A stretch of 64,000 nucleotides of DNA from Callorhinchus milii (taxonomy: Eukaryota). The notes beneath the pieces are model-generated. The model did no database searches, was not told the origin of the DNA, and saw only the letters and a program-made list of their open reading frames with translations. The first letter of the stretch is position 1. Each line of letters begins with the position of its first letter. This document shows positions 24,603-38,445 of this stretch, piece by piece. The position numbers were made by a program, and so were the translations under genes. The DNA lies in contig NW_024704742.1 in the NCBI RefSeq assembly GCF_018977255.1, positions 91,390,001 through 91,454,000 on the forward strand, in the 5' to 3' direction.

Positions 24603-25625
24603 ACCTCCAAAAGCGAGAGACCTGGGTTTGATTCCTGAGCAGGGCGAACCCTTAGGCAACAACAACAAAATTACATTTGTAAAGTGCCTTTCACGTCGGG
24701 AGGACGTCCCAAGGCGCTGGACAGACAGAGTTGTGGACCCAAGCTGGGGCTTCAGGGGTCATGGAGGGTAAGCGATGGAGTAGGGAGATCGAAAGCACCG
24801 TCGAAGAGGAAGGTCTTGAGGTGGCTCTTGAAGGAGGCAAGGGAGAGGGCGAGGCGGAGGAACTGCGGGATGGAGTTCTAGAGCTGGGAGCAGAGTGGCG
24901 GAAGGCCTGCCTGCCAATAGTGGGGCAAGCGAGGCCGGGGACATGAAGCAGACCGGAGAGAGCTGAGAGAGCAGGATGGTAGGGGGTTAGAAGGTCGCAG
25001 AGGTAGATGGCAACAAGACCAGGAGGGCTTTGAAAGTGAGGACCAGGATCTTGAACTGTATTCTCTGTGTGATGGGAAGCCAGTGGGGTTGGGCAAGGAT
25101 GGGGGTGATAGGGTCATGGAGTCTGGTGCGGGAGAGGACACGGGCTGCAGAGTTCTGGATGATTCTGCAGTCTGTGGAGAGAGGAGTTATGGAGGCCGAC
25201 AAGCAGGGAGTTTGCATAGTCGAGACTCGACGTAATGAAAGAATGTATGAGCGTTTCGGCGGCCTGCGGTGTGGGACAGTGGTGGAGCTGGGCGACGTTG
25301 CGGAGGTGGGGGAAGGCAGAGCAGGTCATAGAGCAGATGTGGGGTAGAAAGGATTAAGGGAGCAAGTTTCCTTAATCCACATACCTCTATTTACCAAGCA
25401 GGAAGCAGGAACCCGGTTGTTAGTCAATTGACCGATCGCTTTTCCGGGGGTAATAATCCCTTCAAAAAAAATAATAATTTGGTCACTCAATGCACAACTG
25501 TGTGTGGGACACTGCTGTGCACAGTTGGCTGCCACATCTTGCCCACAAAATATACAGTAAACTCACTTCACATTATACTCTGTGAAGTGCTTTGAGACGT
25601 CTCAAAGACACGATAAGGCTTATCG
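24603..25625 (+). mobile_element. Long-form SINE interrupted by L2 (pieces at about 24603-24659 and 25363-25625)
   Basis: Head piece gcgagagacctgggtttgattcctgagcagggcgaacccttaggcaa rejoins seamlessly with gtttccttaatccacatacctctatttacc... Confidence 0.85.
24657..25345 (-). mobile_element. L2 LINE fragment inserted into a SINE
   Basis: AAETLIHSFITSSLDYANSLLVGL and IIQNSAARVLSRTRLHDPITPILAQPHWLPITQRIQFKILVLTFKAL; splits a SINE between ccttaggcaa and gcaagtttccttaatccac. Confidence 0.92.
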
Positions 25626-25872
25626 GACTGGACCAAACCTCCCTCCCCCCACCGACCCACCATTTGTCTGGCTAGCCAGGGTTTTAGTGCAATTCGTAAT
25701 CCAGACCTATTGGGATTAGAATGCTTTTGCATAAGTGGACACAGAGGCTGAGACAATAACAACATTTGAAAGGAAATTGAATAATCATTTGAGGAAGAAT
25801 GTAAAAGGCTTTGGGGAAAGAGCAGAACATTAGAGACATTAACTCCAATGTAAGAACTAGCCCTTGTTTCAT

Positions 25873-26232
25873 GTAGCCTTGTAGCTTTGTGGTTAGAGCA
25901 CTCGCCTCGCAAGCGAGAGGACCTGGGTTTGATTCCTGGACAGGGTGAAACTTTAGGCAAGTTTCTTACCCCACACGCCTCTATTTACCCAGCAGTAGGA
26001 ATCCAGTTGTTGGCGATTGGTGGATCGCTTTTTGAGGGTAATAATCCGTTAATTAAATAATAATTTGGTCACTCAATCCATGACTGTTTGTGGGACACTG
26101 CTGTGCACAATTGTCTGCCACGTTTCACCCACAATATACAGTCAGTTCACTTTGCAGTATATTCTGTGAAGCACTTTGGGACGTCTCAAAGACATGATAT
26201 GGCACTATATCAAATGCAAGGATTATTATTAT
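25873..26232 (+). mobile_element. Long-form SINE, full length, within a CR1 3' remnant (about 25735-25850 and 26238-26275)
   Basis: Head, CORE-like segment, shared body and (att)n tail; the right flank taggctgaatggcctcttcctattgctgtaa resembles a CR1 terminus. Confidence 0.85.
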
Positions 26233-29200
26233 AATATTTAGGCTGAATGGCCTCTTCCTATTGCTGTAAATATCTACGGGGTAAAGTTTGTGACACTTCA
26301 TAATGTGTTCCTTGTGTTAACTTTACCTCAATGATACTACGTGCTTTGCTTGGCAACGTTGGATTTAGCGGACCTCTTCATAAACTGACTTGCAAGGTCA
26401 GGCCAGACGAGTGACAAACAGCAATTGTGACAAAACAGGAATTGGATTATAATGTGGAGATGGATTATAATGTTAAAGATGCAGTTTATATTGGCAGTGG
26501 GGAGAGAATCAGACGTGTCTGAGCTGTGTAATCGTTTTTCCCTTGTGTCTATGTCTGTGTTGTGTGCAGACCTGGAGCTGCCAGTGAGGGTCAGTTGCAT
26601 AACCAGCCATGTGGGGACTGTCTTCAATTCGTTTTTGTTTGTTCAAAAAAAAACACCTGTCCTTCAGTTGAAAATTGAGGACATTTGGCAAATGAAGAGA
26701 GTCCGGGAATTGTATAAGGTGGAGCATGCTGAAGCAGTGACTGACTGCCTGTGTTGTGATCTGTTGTGCTGCCAGTATTCTGTAACATGAGCTTCATCTT
26801 TCACTCTTACAATACCAAGTCTCTTGACTCTTTCTAAATGTTACGGTTCAAATGTGGAACTTTTTAAAATAAAAAGCTTCAAAGAATACTGTATGTTTAT
26901 TCGACCTTGTGGCCTTAAATGCCTTGGTGTCAGCCTGAGTATATTAGCGATGACTTGGTATTGGAGTCTCATACAGGATGGACAATGATGTACTTTGACA
27001 CTGGTTTGAAGCTTGGTTTCCGAGACCTAACGGTGACAAAATGTGTGGATGTTCAGTGTGCTACAGTTCCACATATTATCACTGCTAATGTTTTTTTAAT
27101 AATTAGTTTGTCTCGAGTGTCCTGTGACTATCCCATTGCACTGCTATAATGGACGCATAATAACAGAAGGTGCTTTGCACTTGTGCCAAGAATATCAGAT
27201 TCAGGGTTGAAAGTTCCTCTCACCTCCAATTGTCGTGTTGTTGACATTGTGCACTTTTTGCTGAGGAAAATTGGATTATCAGTGCATCTTATCAAAGCAA
27301 CTATACTTTGCAGCAGATTTCATTTCCCATTTTGGATAGTGAAACCCTTTTAAGTGTTGGATTTGAACTGGAAATGCAATAATAGTCCTTTAGTCACTGG
27401 GCGTTAACTGGTGTCACTTCAGTTTCTTTACTGTGTGAAGTCATCATTTCACCAGACACTGGCGTGTGAATGGAAGAGTGGATGAAAGTGATCCGCTCTG
27501 CATGATACACTACACACCTGACCTTACCTAAGCATCCTTCTACAAGTCTGCAGCTGTCCTTTTCTTTAATGATAAAAGCATTAGCTAATCTGCTATTTCC
27601 TATGCACAAGGAGACTTAAATTTGTAAACAAAAGTGGGAAAGGTGAGTCACTGACAATAGGAATGTGATTGTGCCAGCTTTGTAATAGACTTCCTTGTTT
27701 AATTAATCAATTTGATATTAGATACTGGACTTGACAGTATCTTACCTCTTTTGTGGTTTACTGTGTTTTAAAAGGGTAGTGTGTCAAGCTGAGAAGAGTG
27801 AACCAGGTAATAAAAATAAAGCTTGCATTTGATATGGCGCCTTATCCAGCAATGTACCAAATGAATGTAAATTTGTATTTATTGTTATCACATTGTTGAG
27901 ATATCTCAAAGAGCTTCACATGATGTTACTATGACGTGTAGTGTATACAGTGCATTAGGTAAGCCCTTTTTTAACAATATACTATATATTTACTTGTAGA
28001 TAGAATATATATTTACACTTATCTCAAAAAAGAAACAAATTTCTGTGACAAGAAAGAAATAGCGCAACGTTATTATCCCATTAGAGGACGCAACAGACCC
28101 GGCTCCTTGGGGCGGGTTGGGGGTTGCTTCTATGCACTTCACTTTGATGAAGGGGTCAAGGCTTCTCCCCCCCGGGATTCTGCTGCCCTTTGCAGAGCGC
28201 TTTTACAAGTGGGGTCTTGTAAACCCCTTCCTCTCTGTCGCCCTCCCCCCTTTATGGGGAGTGCGGGCAGGTTAACAAACACACATGATGTGCAAACATT
28301 TTTGGGACGCTCCCTTTGAGCCAGTCGGCAAACGCCACTGTGCGCACTACATACATGTGTGCCCCCGCACATACCCTGATGTAGCAGTGAGCACCTTGGC
28401 CATTCTCCTCAAGACCTTGGTGGGAAGCCAGGTTTCCTCTGCCTTCTGGCTGATTGGTTGTTCATGTGAAATTAATTTAGGACTGTCTCAGCCCAGTAAA
28501 CACTGGGAGTTGGAGCTCCTCCCCAGTCCAACTCTCTGACACTGATTTATTTTTACATTGACAATTTTATAGCACTTCTGTGCCTGGAGAACATCCCCAC
28601 TCCTCCACTCCTGTTAAGCAGCAACAGGAATAGAGGTTGAAGCAAAACCAACCTTTAACCTGAGTGGCTGAAGCTCACTGGCTCCCCCTGCAGGGCTGGG
28701 TAGTAAATGCCACTACCATTCACCCTTCCAAAAGTCCTACAACAACTTTGATTTATGTACAACAACAGCTTGGATTTATATCATGCTCTTCACTTAGGGT
28801 AGCATCCTGGAGCACTTAAAGCATCTTGGAGAGCTTATGTAGTGGCAACTTTATTCAGGATAAAGTTTCAGAGTGCTTTCCAGTGGCACTTTGGACAGTG
28901 AGTAAAGAGGAAGGTGGGGTGTGGGGGTGACCATAAGCGCTGTTGAAGTGGTAGGTTTTAATGTGGGATTTAAAGAGAGGGGGGTGAGGCAGCGCGTTCC
29001 AGAGATTAAAGCGGACTGACTGAAGGCTTGGCCACAGATGATGCACAGAGGATACTGGGGACGCCCAGCAAGCTAATGATTGGGAACCTCTATAAAGATA
29101 ATGGAGGATGTGAGAGGAAAGAGCGAGTTAAAGATTATAAAACTACTGTGTGTATTGGTGCAGCAGCTGGAGGTACATACGGTAGTTTTGGAAGAGATTT

Positions 29201-29579
29201 TAAAATCTGTTTCCCTTTTTTTGCCCTGATAAATTTCCTACTGCTGCCGAAGCTTCTTGCAAGTGAGTGGCAACAAATTCCTTTCTGGATTGCTGAAGGA
29301 GAACCGTCACAATGTGTATTTAGAACTGTCTTATGTTTTCCCTCAGAAATATCTTTTTCCAGTGGTTTGACTTTGGCATTACTGTGGTCAGAAATTACAA
29401 CTCAAGACGTTTCCGAATTGAGCTATTTGTAGAAATTCTAATTTACGTTTGGGACATTTCATACCTGTGTGTGTGTATGGGGGTGGGATGACTTGCTGCT
29501 TGTCTGAGTCATTGGCTACTTTGTGAGTGATTGGCTATGGGACTGGGAGATGGTGAGAGAGTCTGACAATGTGGTTAGT

Positions 29580-29689
29580 TCGCCCACAAATATACAGTCA
29601 ATTCACTTTACAGTGTGTTCTGTGAAGCGCTTTGGGACGTCCTCCCGACGTGAAAAGCGCTATATCAAATGCAAGGATTATTATTATTA
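29580..29689 (+). mobile_element. 5'-truncated young SINE with a 5-bp TSD (ttagt)
   Basis: Matches the 3' 110 nt of the 60379 copy essentially base for base; ttagt at 29575-29579 and 29690-29694. Confidence 0.9.
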
Positions 29690-32600
29690 TTAGTGCACGC
29701 AATTGTACAACACCCTCCAATCACACAAGTCTCCATTGACACTCCAGTGCAGCGCTGCATTAATAGTAGTGCTGTGCTTTGAGTGGAGACTTTAAATCAA
29801 GGTGGACTTTAAAGATCCCATGGCACTATTTGAAAAGAGAAGGCCATCAATCCCCAGATAGAATTGGTCATACGTTTTACTGGTTTATGGACATTATGAT
29901 GTGTAAATTGGCCATATTCGCCTATAAATACATAGTCACCACTATGCTCTTCTGTGTTTTACAGATATTTTGTGCATTAAGTTGTGCTCTCTGCAGAGGT
30001 GATTATGTGGCCTACACACAGAATATCCTGCCGCCTAGGACAAAGTTATAAATTGTATTGCACAACAAATGCCTCGTTGGAAAGGAAATGCTGGTAGCCA
30101 GTTGGCATAAGTACCAACAAATGAGAAATTAAGTGAATCAGAATTTAGAGGCTTTCCAGAAATATATGGACATTGACAACAGTCATTAATCTCTCAACTC
30201 CAGACCACAACAAAGTTGTCTATAATTCCTGTTGTTTTTAATGTTAAATGAACTCCAGAACATAACCTGTTTTTTTTTAAAAACCACTTGGTACTCGGGC
30301 TTTGAAACAAGAAAAAATATTTTTTTTTCTCTTCTCACCCCTGGACCGGAAGGACTCAGGTTCTCTGTGTTCTCTTTTTGAATAGCTGTGGGATCTTTAA
30401 CTGCATCTGAACAGCAGACGGGACCTTAGTTTAACATCTTATCTGAAGGACGGCACCTCCGACAATCCACCACTGAAGCTAGCAAGAGGCTACCACTGAG
30501 CCAAGCTGACACACAATATAAAAGCAGCTTTGGTTTTCATGTCGCAAACACTCCTGCCATGGGCCACAGCCACTCAGAACCCCTTAGGCACTGTGCCTGA
30601 AATCTTCTCCTCCCCTTCCCTTCGTCACCTCTTCCTCCTGCTCCCTTTCCCTCGTACTCTAATCACATCACCAACACTACCGATTTATTTTGTCCCCTCT
30701 CCTGTGGGCCTCCTGTGTCACATGTCTGGGAGGGGATAGGGAGTAAGTTAGAGACGCAGGAAACTAGCAGTAAAATTAAGAGATGACAAAAGGAGTCAAA
30801 GTCAGAGTGTATAGTAGACAAAACATAAAAAGCTTCATTCAAAGTGCAGTTGCCTCTGCCCCACCCAGACTCTTTCTCACTTAAATGTTGTGGTTGAATG
30901 TTAATGTGGTTGGAAATAGCAAGGCAGTGGTGAATTATTGTTCCCAGGAAACGCCTCCTGTACAGTGCAGCATTATACTTCTGTTGCAGTCTGAATTGGG
31001 TTGAAGGTCAATGGGAGCTCTGGACATATTTATAATACAAATTTACATTTATGTACTATCTTCCACGTCCCAAAGAAGGACATCCCAAGGCGCTGTCTTG
31101 AGCCTGAGGTGAAGCGTGGGACTGGACAGAAGTTGCTGCCTGATACTTTTGGGGGTTTTTCTCAACATTTTTCGGATGGAAATTTTTCTATTTGGTTTAA
31201 ATCCTTACAGAATAGATTATGGATACGTAATTACATTTAGACCTATGGTTATCAAAGGAAGATGGAGAGTTGTAAAAGTGCATGCTTGACCTCACCCAAA
31301 ATGACTTGTGTGTATATATACACATCTATATTAATAGATATTTATACATACATATATGATAAATAAATAATGATTTTACCTGTATAGATATGGGGTAAGA
31401 AAATGGAAGGGATAATTAATACTGAAAATCATCACATCACCAAGTTGTACAATCCAAACCAGGGTTTAATTATCGATTGATTTCAGGAGTGAACTCCCCC
31501 TCCTGACTTTGGTTCAATGGTTTGGCCTGTGGGCCAACATGTGGTTATTGTTGTTGTTGCCGGCAGAGTATTTCAGTGCTACTTCACAAGACACCGACTT
31601 AACCCAAAGACAGCGAGTGTCGCTCAACGCCAGCAAGGATTGTCACATCACATCTTTCATGCCCCCCCCCCCCACCCACAGTGCAAAACTGTACTTTGCT
31701 GCTAATGGCCCAGCAAGGGTGAGACTGAGCCATTTCAGGCCAACAAAGCCCCAGATTGGATTTATTATAATAATAATCCTTGCATTTGTTATCTGTAGCA
31801 CTTTGTTTGTTATCTGTTATCTCTTATCATGATGTCGAGACATCTCAAAGAGCTTTACAGAGTATACTGAAAAGTGGATTGACTGTGTATTTTGCTGGCA
31901 AAATTTCTAATCTTATATTATTTTAGACAACTGTACAGTTCATCTCACAGCTCGTGACAGTAATATTAGCCAGACTTCCTGGTCCTGATCCCAATCTGAA
32001 GAGATATGTACATGTCTCCAAGAGTCCAACACTCCACTGACGTTCACTGTACGAGTTCAGTCTTGGGTGAAGCATTGCAGGGTCACTGCTGTTGTGTGTG
32101 GATGTCCAATGAAAGCATAACTCAAAACCTTCGGGACTGAACAGGAGGAGGAAAGCAAGAACAAGCTTGCACCAATAGCCTTGAAGCATCCTTTACACCA
32201 ACATGTGACCTGCGTTTCCTTACAGATCCTGGAAAAACAAATTCTAAAGAGAGGGAAATGATAAAAGGTCTTTTTTTGAGAGAAAGTTGGCAGCGTTTCC
32301 AGAGCAAGCCTTCTAACCAGCAGAATAACAAACGGGGGACCTCTCACACATGACTCTCCTGAATGTTCGGTGGCAGGAGTTCAAGTCATATGCTCCACTA
32401 CTTTCTTGGAATAATATGGATTTCCTGGACATTGAGGGTGGATTGTAAGCAGGAAGCTGGGTTTCTGCAGTTAATTAGAAAGGGCTGACTCTGCGTGTAT
32501 GTATTATAGGATTAATCCCAACTAGTAGCAGTATATTTCTGCTGGCTTTTTTTTAGAAAATACTTGAGTTGTCAAGATAAATAGCGTAGCAATTTGAGTA

Positions 32601-32837
32601 AAGCAGCAAGTGAAACGCAGAAACATTGGACTTTTATTTTTAAGCTTTGTGCTTGTAAAGGTGTGGGGCATTTGTTTGTGTTGGGAAATGAAACACTTGC
32701 TGTTCTGTTCATCCATTGTCACCATCAATGGGTGTGACAAGCTAGGTGTTCACCTTTAGGTGCAGAGTAAAACCCCTCTGACCCAAGAAGGATTGTCAAA
32801 CCTCACCCCATAAGACCCTGGGCATGAAATCTCCTAC

Positions 32838-33080
32838 CCCGTGGTTGAAGCAGAATCCATTATATCTTTTAAAAGGGAGTCAGGCAAACATTTAAAAAAG
32901 AGAAATATCAAAGGAATCGTGCATATTGGATGGAGAAAGCAAAGAAATGAAATTAAATGGATAGCTCTTTCAGAGAGCCAACAACAACAAAATTACATTT
33001 ATAGAGCGCTTTTGACGCCGGGAGGACATCCCAAAGCGCAGACATGATGAGCCAAATGGCCTCCCCCTATGCTGCAAATT
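32838..33080 (+). mobile_element. CR1 LINE 3' remnant with a small antisense L2-tail insert
   Basis: gtggttgaagcagaatccattatatcttttaaaaggga (VVEAESIISFKRE...) and the terminus gagccaaatggcctccccctatgctgcaaatt. Confidence 0.7.
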
Positions 33081-33684
33081 CAGTGACTCTGTGACTCACC
33101 CCTTTGCCTGTCTCTTTTCCCAATCCCTCTCTCCCTAGGCCAGTCTGTGAGCCTCTTTGTGCATTAAACTATGGTCACTGTTGGTTGGTAAACTTATATC
33201 TATGAAACACTGGATTAAGAGAGCCCTATCCTCATTCCATATATGATCCTTACAACTGAAAGAGCAAGGAAATTACCAGCTCACCAAGCTGATAAACTCC
33301 ATATCTCAGTGGTGAAAGGCAAAGTTCACTATTTTCTATTATCCAGACTAGTTCCTCCAAAGTACTGGATTTACAACAAAAAATGTGTTTTGGGTTTGTC
33401 ACCATGGGTGAAATTTGTAGCATCTTATAATGTGTTCCATATAAGGATTATCACTTATTGAAAGACCACAAATTACAAGTCTCATGCTTTGCTTGTTAAT
33501 GCATTACATTTCAAAATGATGTTTAAAGAGTCATGTACTTACTTTATAAAAGGAATAGTGTGAAATTGGATGTATTATTTAGAGTAAAATAGCAGTAACC
33601 CTTATTTACAAATTATAGTCTTATCTGCTGGTCATATTATTACCTATGTGTTTTTCCCGGTTAGTAATGATGTTATAATTATTA

Positions 33685-33958
33685 ATAATAGCAATAATAA
33701 TCTTTGCATTTGATAGAGTGCTTTTCATGTCTTCTAAATGTCTCAAAGTGCTTCACAGTATAAACTGTAAAGTGACTGTATATTTTTGGGCGAAATGGGG
33801 TGGCCAATTTGAAGTGACCAATGTTATTGTTTTGCTTGAGGAATTATTATCAGGTGCGTGGAGTGAGGAAACTTTCCCAAGGTTTCGTCTTACCGGGAAT
33901 TGAACCCAAGTCTCTTGCTTGTGAGGAGAGTGCTCTAACCATTGAGCTACAGGACTCC
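33685..33958 (-). mobile_element. tRNA-derived SINE, short form with internal loss
   Basis: Reverse complement of ggagtcctgtagctcaatggttagagcactctcc...ccttgggaaagtttcctcactccacgc and the tail. Confidence 0.85.
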
Positions 33959-34450
33959 TAATAATCGTTAATCCTTCAGTGTATCTCATTTTGCCCCAGT
34001 GATACACAGTACATTGCCATTTGGTGGACTAACTGAGAATCTTTATTTTCAAACATATTGATCTAGAGTTTAAAAAGATTGCCCCCTGAATTACATTAAT
34101 TTAGAAAACTAGCATTGATTTCAAGGCTGCAGTCTTATCTCTTGGCTCAGGTGGCAGCTATAAATTTCTTACACTTCAATCTCATGATTTGCATCATCAG
34201 AACCTTTTGATTGCATTGCTTCCTTGAGATCAGTCTGTGCTGTCAGTTGTGTTGAGATTGTAATAAAGCCAGAATGATAAATGGCCATTTGGCCCATTAA
34301 CCTTGTTCTTTCCACTTATCCTACCATGGGATTCACTTCACTTACTCCATCACCTGAGGGAAAGAGCTCCATTGATTTAAAAAAAATCTTACATTTGATG
34401 TCCTTGGTACTTATTTTTCACCCATAAACAATAGCCATGAAGTGAATGTC

Positions 34451-34794
34451 CAGGGATTTGACAAGCTGAATGGTGAGAAGCTATTTTCTCTGGCGAGAGA
34501 ATTAAGGACTGGAGGCCAATAGCTTTAAACTTGAGGCTAAATAGTATAAAAATGAAATAAGGAGGCATTGTTTCACAAAGAAGGTGGTGAGAGTGTGGAA
34601 TCCATTCCCCAGAGGCAGTGGAGGCAGAGTCAGTTCAAGTATTTAAAAGGCAAATAGATATATGCTTGATAGATAGGGGTGTCGAGGGATGTGGAGAGGG
34701 GAGTGGAATTGATTGCGGATCAGCCATGATCTTGGAAAGTGGTGGAACAGGCGTGATGGGCCAAATGGCCTACTCCTATTCTTATGTTCTTATG
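34451..34794 (+). mobile_element. CR1 LINE 3' end inserted in an antisense DeuSINE
   Basis: ORF2 end (F.K.VVRVWN...VEAESVQVFKRQID) and terminus gggccaaatggcctactcctattcttatgttcttatg. DeuSINE sequence resumes on both sides (about 34420-34450 and 34795-34945). Confidence 0.88.
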
Positions 34795-34963
34795 TTGGGC
34801 AGGACACTGGGAAAAACTCACTTCCATTTTCGGATAATTCCGTAAGATCTTTAATGACTACCTGAACAGTCAGATGGGACCTTAGTTTAATGTCTCATCT
34901 GAAGGGTGGCATCTCTGCAGCATTCCCTGGAGTGTCAGCTGTGTTTGTGAGCGCTCCTGATTT

Positions 34964-35274
34964 GTGGAGTCCTGTAGCTCAGTGGTTAGAGCACTTGCCT
35001 TGCAAGCGAGAGACCTGAGTTCAATTCCAGGCAGGGCGAAACCTTGGGCAAGTTTCCTTACTCCACACGCCTAAAAATAAGCCCTTCAAAACAAAACAAT
35101 AATAAATTGGTCATTTTCAATCCACGACTGTTCGTTGGACACTGCTGTGCACAATTGACTGCCAAGTTTCGCCCACAAATATACAGTTAATTCACTTTAC
35201 ACCATATTCTGTGAAGCGCTTTGAGACATCTAGAAGACGTGAAAAGCGCTATATCAAATGTAAGGATTATTATT
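34964..35274 (+). mobile_element. tRNA-derived SINE, short form, full length
   Basis: gtggagtcctgtagctcagtggttagagc...; tail gagacatctagaagacgtgaaaagcgctatatcaaatgtaaggattattatt. Confidence 0.92.
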
Positions 35275-36227
35275 GATCCAGTGGGGTCTACTTTGCTGCA
35301 GATGATTCTCATTAAAATTCCCATTGACATATAGGAACTCCTCTATAGTAGATTGCATCACCATTTGCAGCTCCCATTAAAAAAATGCCACAATTTAGAG
35401 CCTGGTGTCAGAACATTTATGTCATATTGTCCCTGTCTTAGACATGCTCTGCGTTGACCTTGACGTTTCTCCCACTAATAATCACAAAATTCATTCAAAA
35501 TGTTTTTAGAAGCAGATTGAGTTGCATTGAAGCCATTGAAAGTATTTCACCCATTGACTGTACTTTGTATATTCATCACTTGCATTCCTGAGTGCATGAC
35601 AGTTGTGCTCTTTTCATCTCTACAGAAGTTGTGAATTGGACAACCTCTCAACCTCTTGTTGCATTCAATTCTGGAAAGCAATTATTAAAAACAGCAGGCT
35701 TTCTGTTTCCATCCACCCTTCCCCTACCCCTGCACATATACGTGCATATACAACACAGCTGCAGAGGAACAGATGTGACTGGGAGCTAGAGGCCTCTGGC
35801 TGACGCATGTCCATCTATATAGAAGCAATAGAACATGGCTGATTGCCAGCCTCCTGTATTGTAAGTGTGCAATCAAACCTTTATCAACCTGTGTTATTTA
35901 ATAACTCAGTGGAATGACGCTCAGCCACTTGTCGGCTACGATTCGCTTTTAAAATTGTGGACTGTGTTTTGCTTGACATTTCTAAGTAGGTGTGATTTTA
36001 GCAAATAATGTCTTTCTTTCAATTCTAATGCCTCAGAGATTTAAGTTTTTAAAAAAACTCCCGAAATGTGAATTATTATTTCCCAAAGGTAAAGATCAAT
36101 GGTGTTTTTCTGCAGCAAAACAAAGGAATTGTGACAAAATTGATTTTTTTAAAAAAACTGTATAACAAAATGTTATTGTCTTGCACTGTCTTGTGTTTAA
36201 AGTGGTACAATCTACCTTGGTCCCATT

Positions 36228-36545
36228 AATAATAATCCTTGCATTTGAAATAGCGGCTTATCACCTCTTTGAGACATCTCAAAATGCTTCGCAGAATATA
36301 CTGTAAAGTGAATTGACTGTATATTTTGTGGGTGAAACCCGGCTCACAGCAGTGTCCCCCAAACAGTCATGGATTGTGTGACCAATTTTTTTTTGAAGGA
36401 ATTATTACCCCTGGAAGAGTGATCCGCCAATCAACTAATTACTAGGTGAACAGAGGCATTTTGAGTAAAGAAACTTGTCCAACATTTTGCCCTGCCAGAG
36501 TCTCGTGTTTGCGAGGCGAGCGCTCTAATTACTGAGCTGCAGGAC
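36228..36545 (-). mobile_element. Long-form SINE, diverged
   Basis: Reverse complement of head, CORE-like segment and tail. Confidence 0.8.
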
Positions 36546-38445
36546 AGGGGTCATCTGAAGGGTGTCTTCTCTGACAATGCAGCATCTCAGTGGAGCGGAT
36601 TGATGGCTTTGAACACCCTGAGAGAAGATTACACTGCTCTCACAGTTAACGTTCTGACGGGGAGCCTTGCCTTGCTGTCTCTTTAACTTCAATGAGGCTT
36701 GGCTGGTTGTTTAGTGGAAAAGGAATTGCTGCCAGGCAGCCAGCCAGCCAGAGCTCTGTCACCATGCCAGGTGATCTGAAGTTAATTCCCAGATGTCTCA
36801 CACTATGAACCGACAGTGGAGAGCTTTAAGGTTAAGAACATCTGGATCAATGGAAGGAATAGTGGATGGTTGGCTGAAGCAAATAGTTTGCGATTAGAGG
36901 TTTTTCTGAAGGAGTCGTTTTTAATCCCATTTCCTGTAGGTTTGGGTTGGGAAGGAAGTGAGAGTGCTGTGTGTTTTTCTATAGTGAACATTCACCCCAC
37001 TTCGTTCCAGTCAAAAAAAAGTTTCTCCGGCAGAATTCTGTTTCTGTTCATTTGAAGCCTTGCCCAGGTGACTGCCACTATCAACAACAATACCAACACT
37101 TATATATTACCCTTCTTGCTGGGTGGTGTCTCGGAGTCTTGAACTCTCAGAGTGAAAATTCTTCATGTGTGAGGAAACATGATGAAGCATCACAGACGAG
37201 CCCATTTCTATACTCTTGCACCTACACACTTTAAAGCAGAGGGAAATTGGACTGGAATCAGGAAACCCTAATTGGTCACTTTCCCTCCGCCCTCGGCAGC
37301 ATAAATTCCTAAGGCTCAGTTTTAAAGTTCTCAGCTGCTCTCCCACCTGAGATCAGCTAACTCTCCATAGATCAAGGATTATACCTGGGTGCTTACTGGT
37401 CTGGATGGATCAGTGCCAGAGTAGACTGGAGCTTTTACCAGTGGGAAGTTTTCTGCAACCCTTGACAAGGTGTCATCTTTCAACAATGGTACTGATCGGA
37501 CGGAGTCACTGGAGGCCATTGCTGTACTGCAAAAGTGAGAACTCGCAAAGAAAGGTAACAAACTACTTTTCTTGAAGAGACGATGAAAGAGATTGAAGAA
37601 TTTTGATCTTGTATCTTCAGAGTTTGATGGGATTCGGGAGCAAACAGGAATAGGCTGGTTGGGCTAATGGCCTTTACCTACCAGGTTTATCAAAAGTCAG
37701 CTGTGTTTATACTTAATGATGATCAGGTCAATAATCAGAATCATTGACAACCATATCGACATGGATTGAAGCAGGTTTCTTTCACTTATTGTGATGGAGG
37801 CTTAACAACAAAGGATGCAAGGATTACAGTTCACTTATTCATCATTGTAATTTCAAAATAATATTTTTTGCATTTGATATAGTGCCTTATCACGTCTTCG
37901 AGATGTCTCAAAGCGCTTCACAGGATACATTGTAAAGTGAATTGACTGTATATTTTGTGGGCAAAATGCGGCAGACAATATGGAAGAAATGAGGCTGAAA
38001 TGTGAGATTCACAAACTAATTTGAGTTGTTAATTGGTTTCCAGCTTCAAATTGCTAGATTGGCAATAAAACAGTGAATTGTGAATCACACAGTGGTAAAG
38101 TGTAAAAACAATCTTGTGAGCAAACCACCAGCGGAAAACAACTGGCCTTTTATTCACCAGCCTTTTTTAAGATGTTGTAGGTTTATGATTCGCTGTGTTG
38201 CAAATTTTGCTTGAATCTCCCATTTTCAACCTCAATAACATGGCAGTGAGGTGTGGAAGATTACTTTAGATGTCAGCAATAACGATGATGCTAAAAGCAA
38301 ACACAGAGTCAAGATTTTTACCTGTAGCAATCCTGTTATTTCATAATAGTATAATTATCTCCTGCTCGGAAGCAAACCTGCAACTTGTGCCGGTGCTTTG
38401 CCAAGACACATCTTGTTGCACTCATCTAGACATACAGTCATGCAC

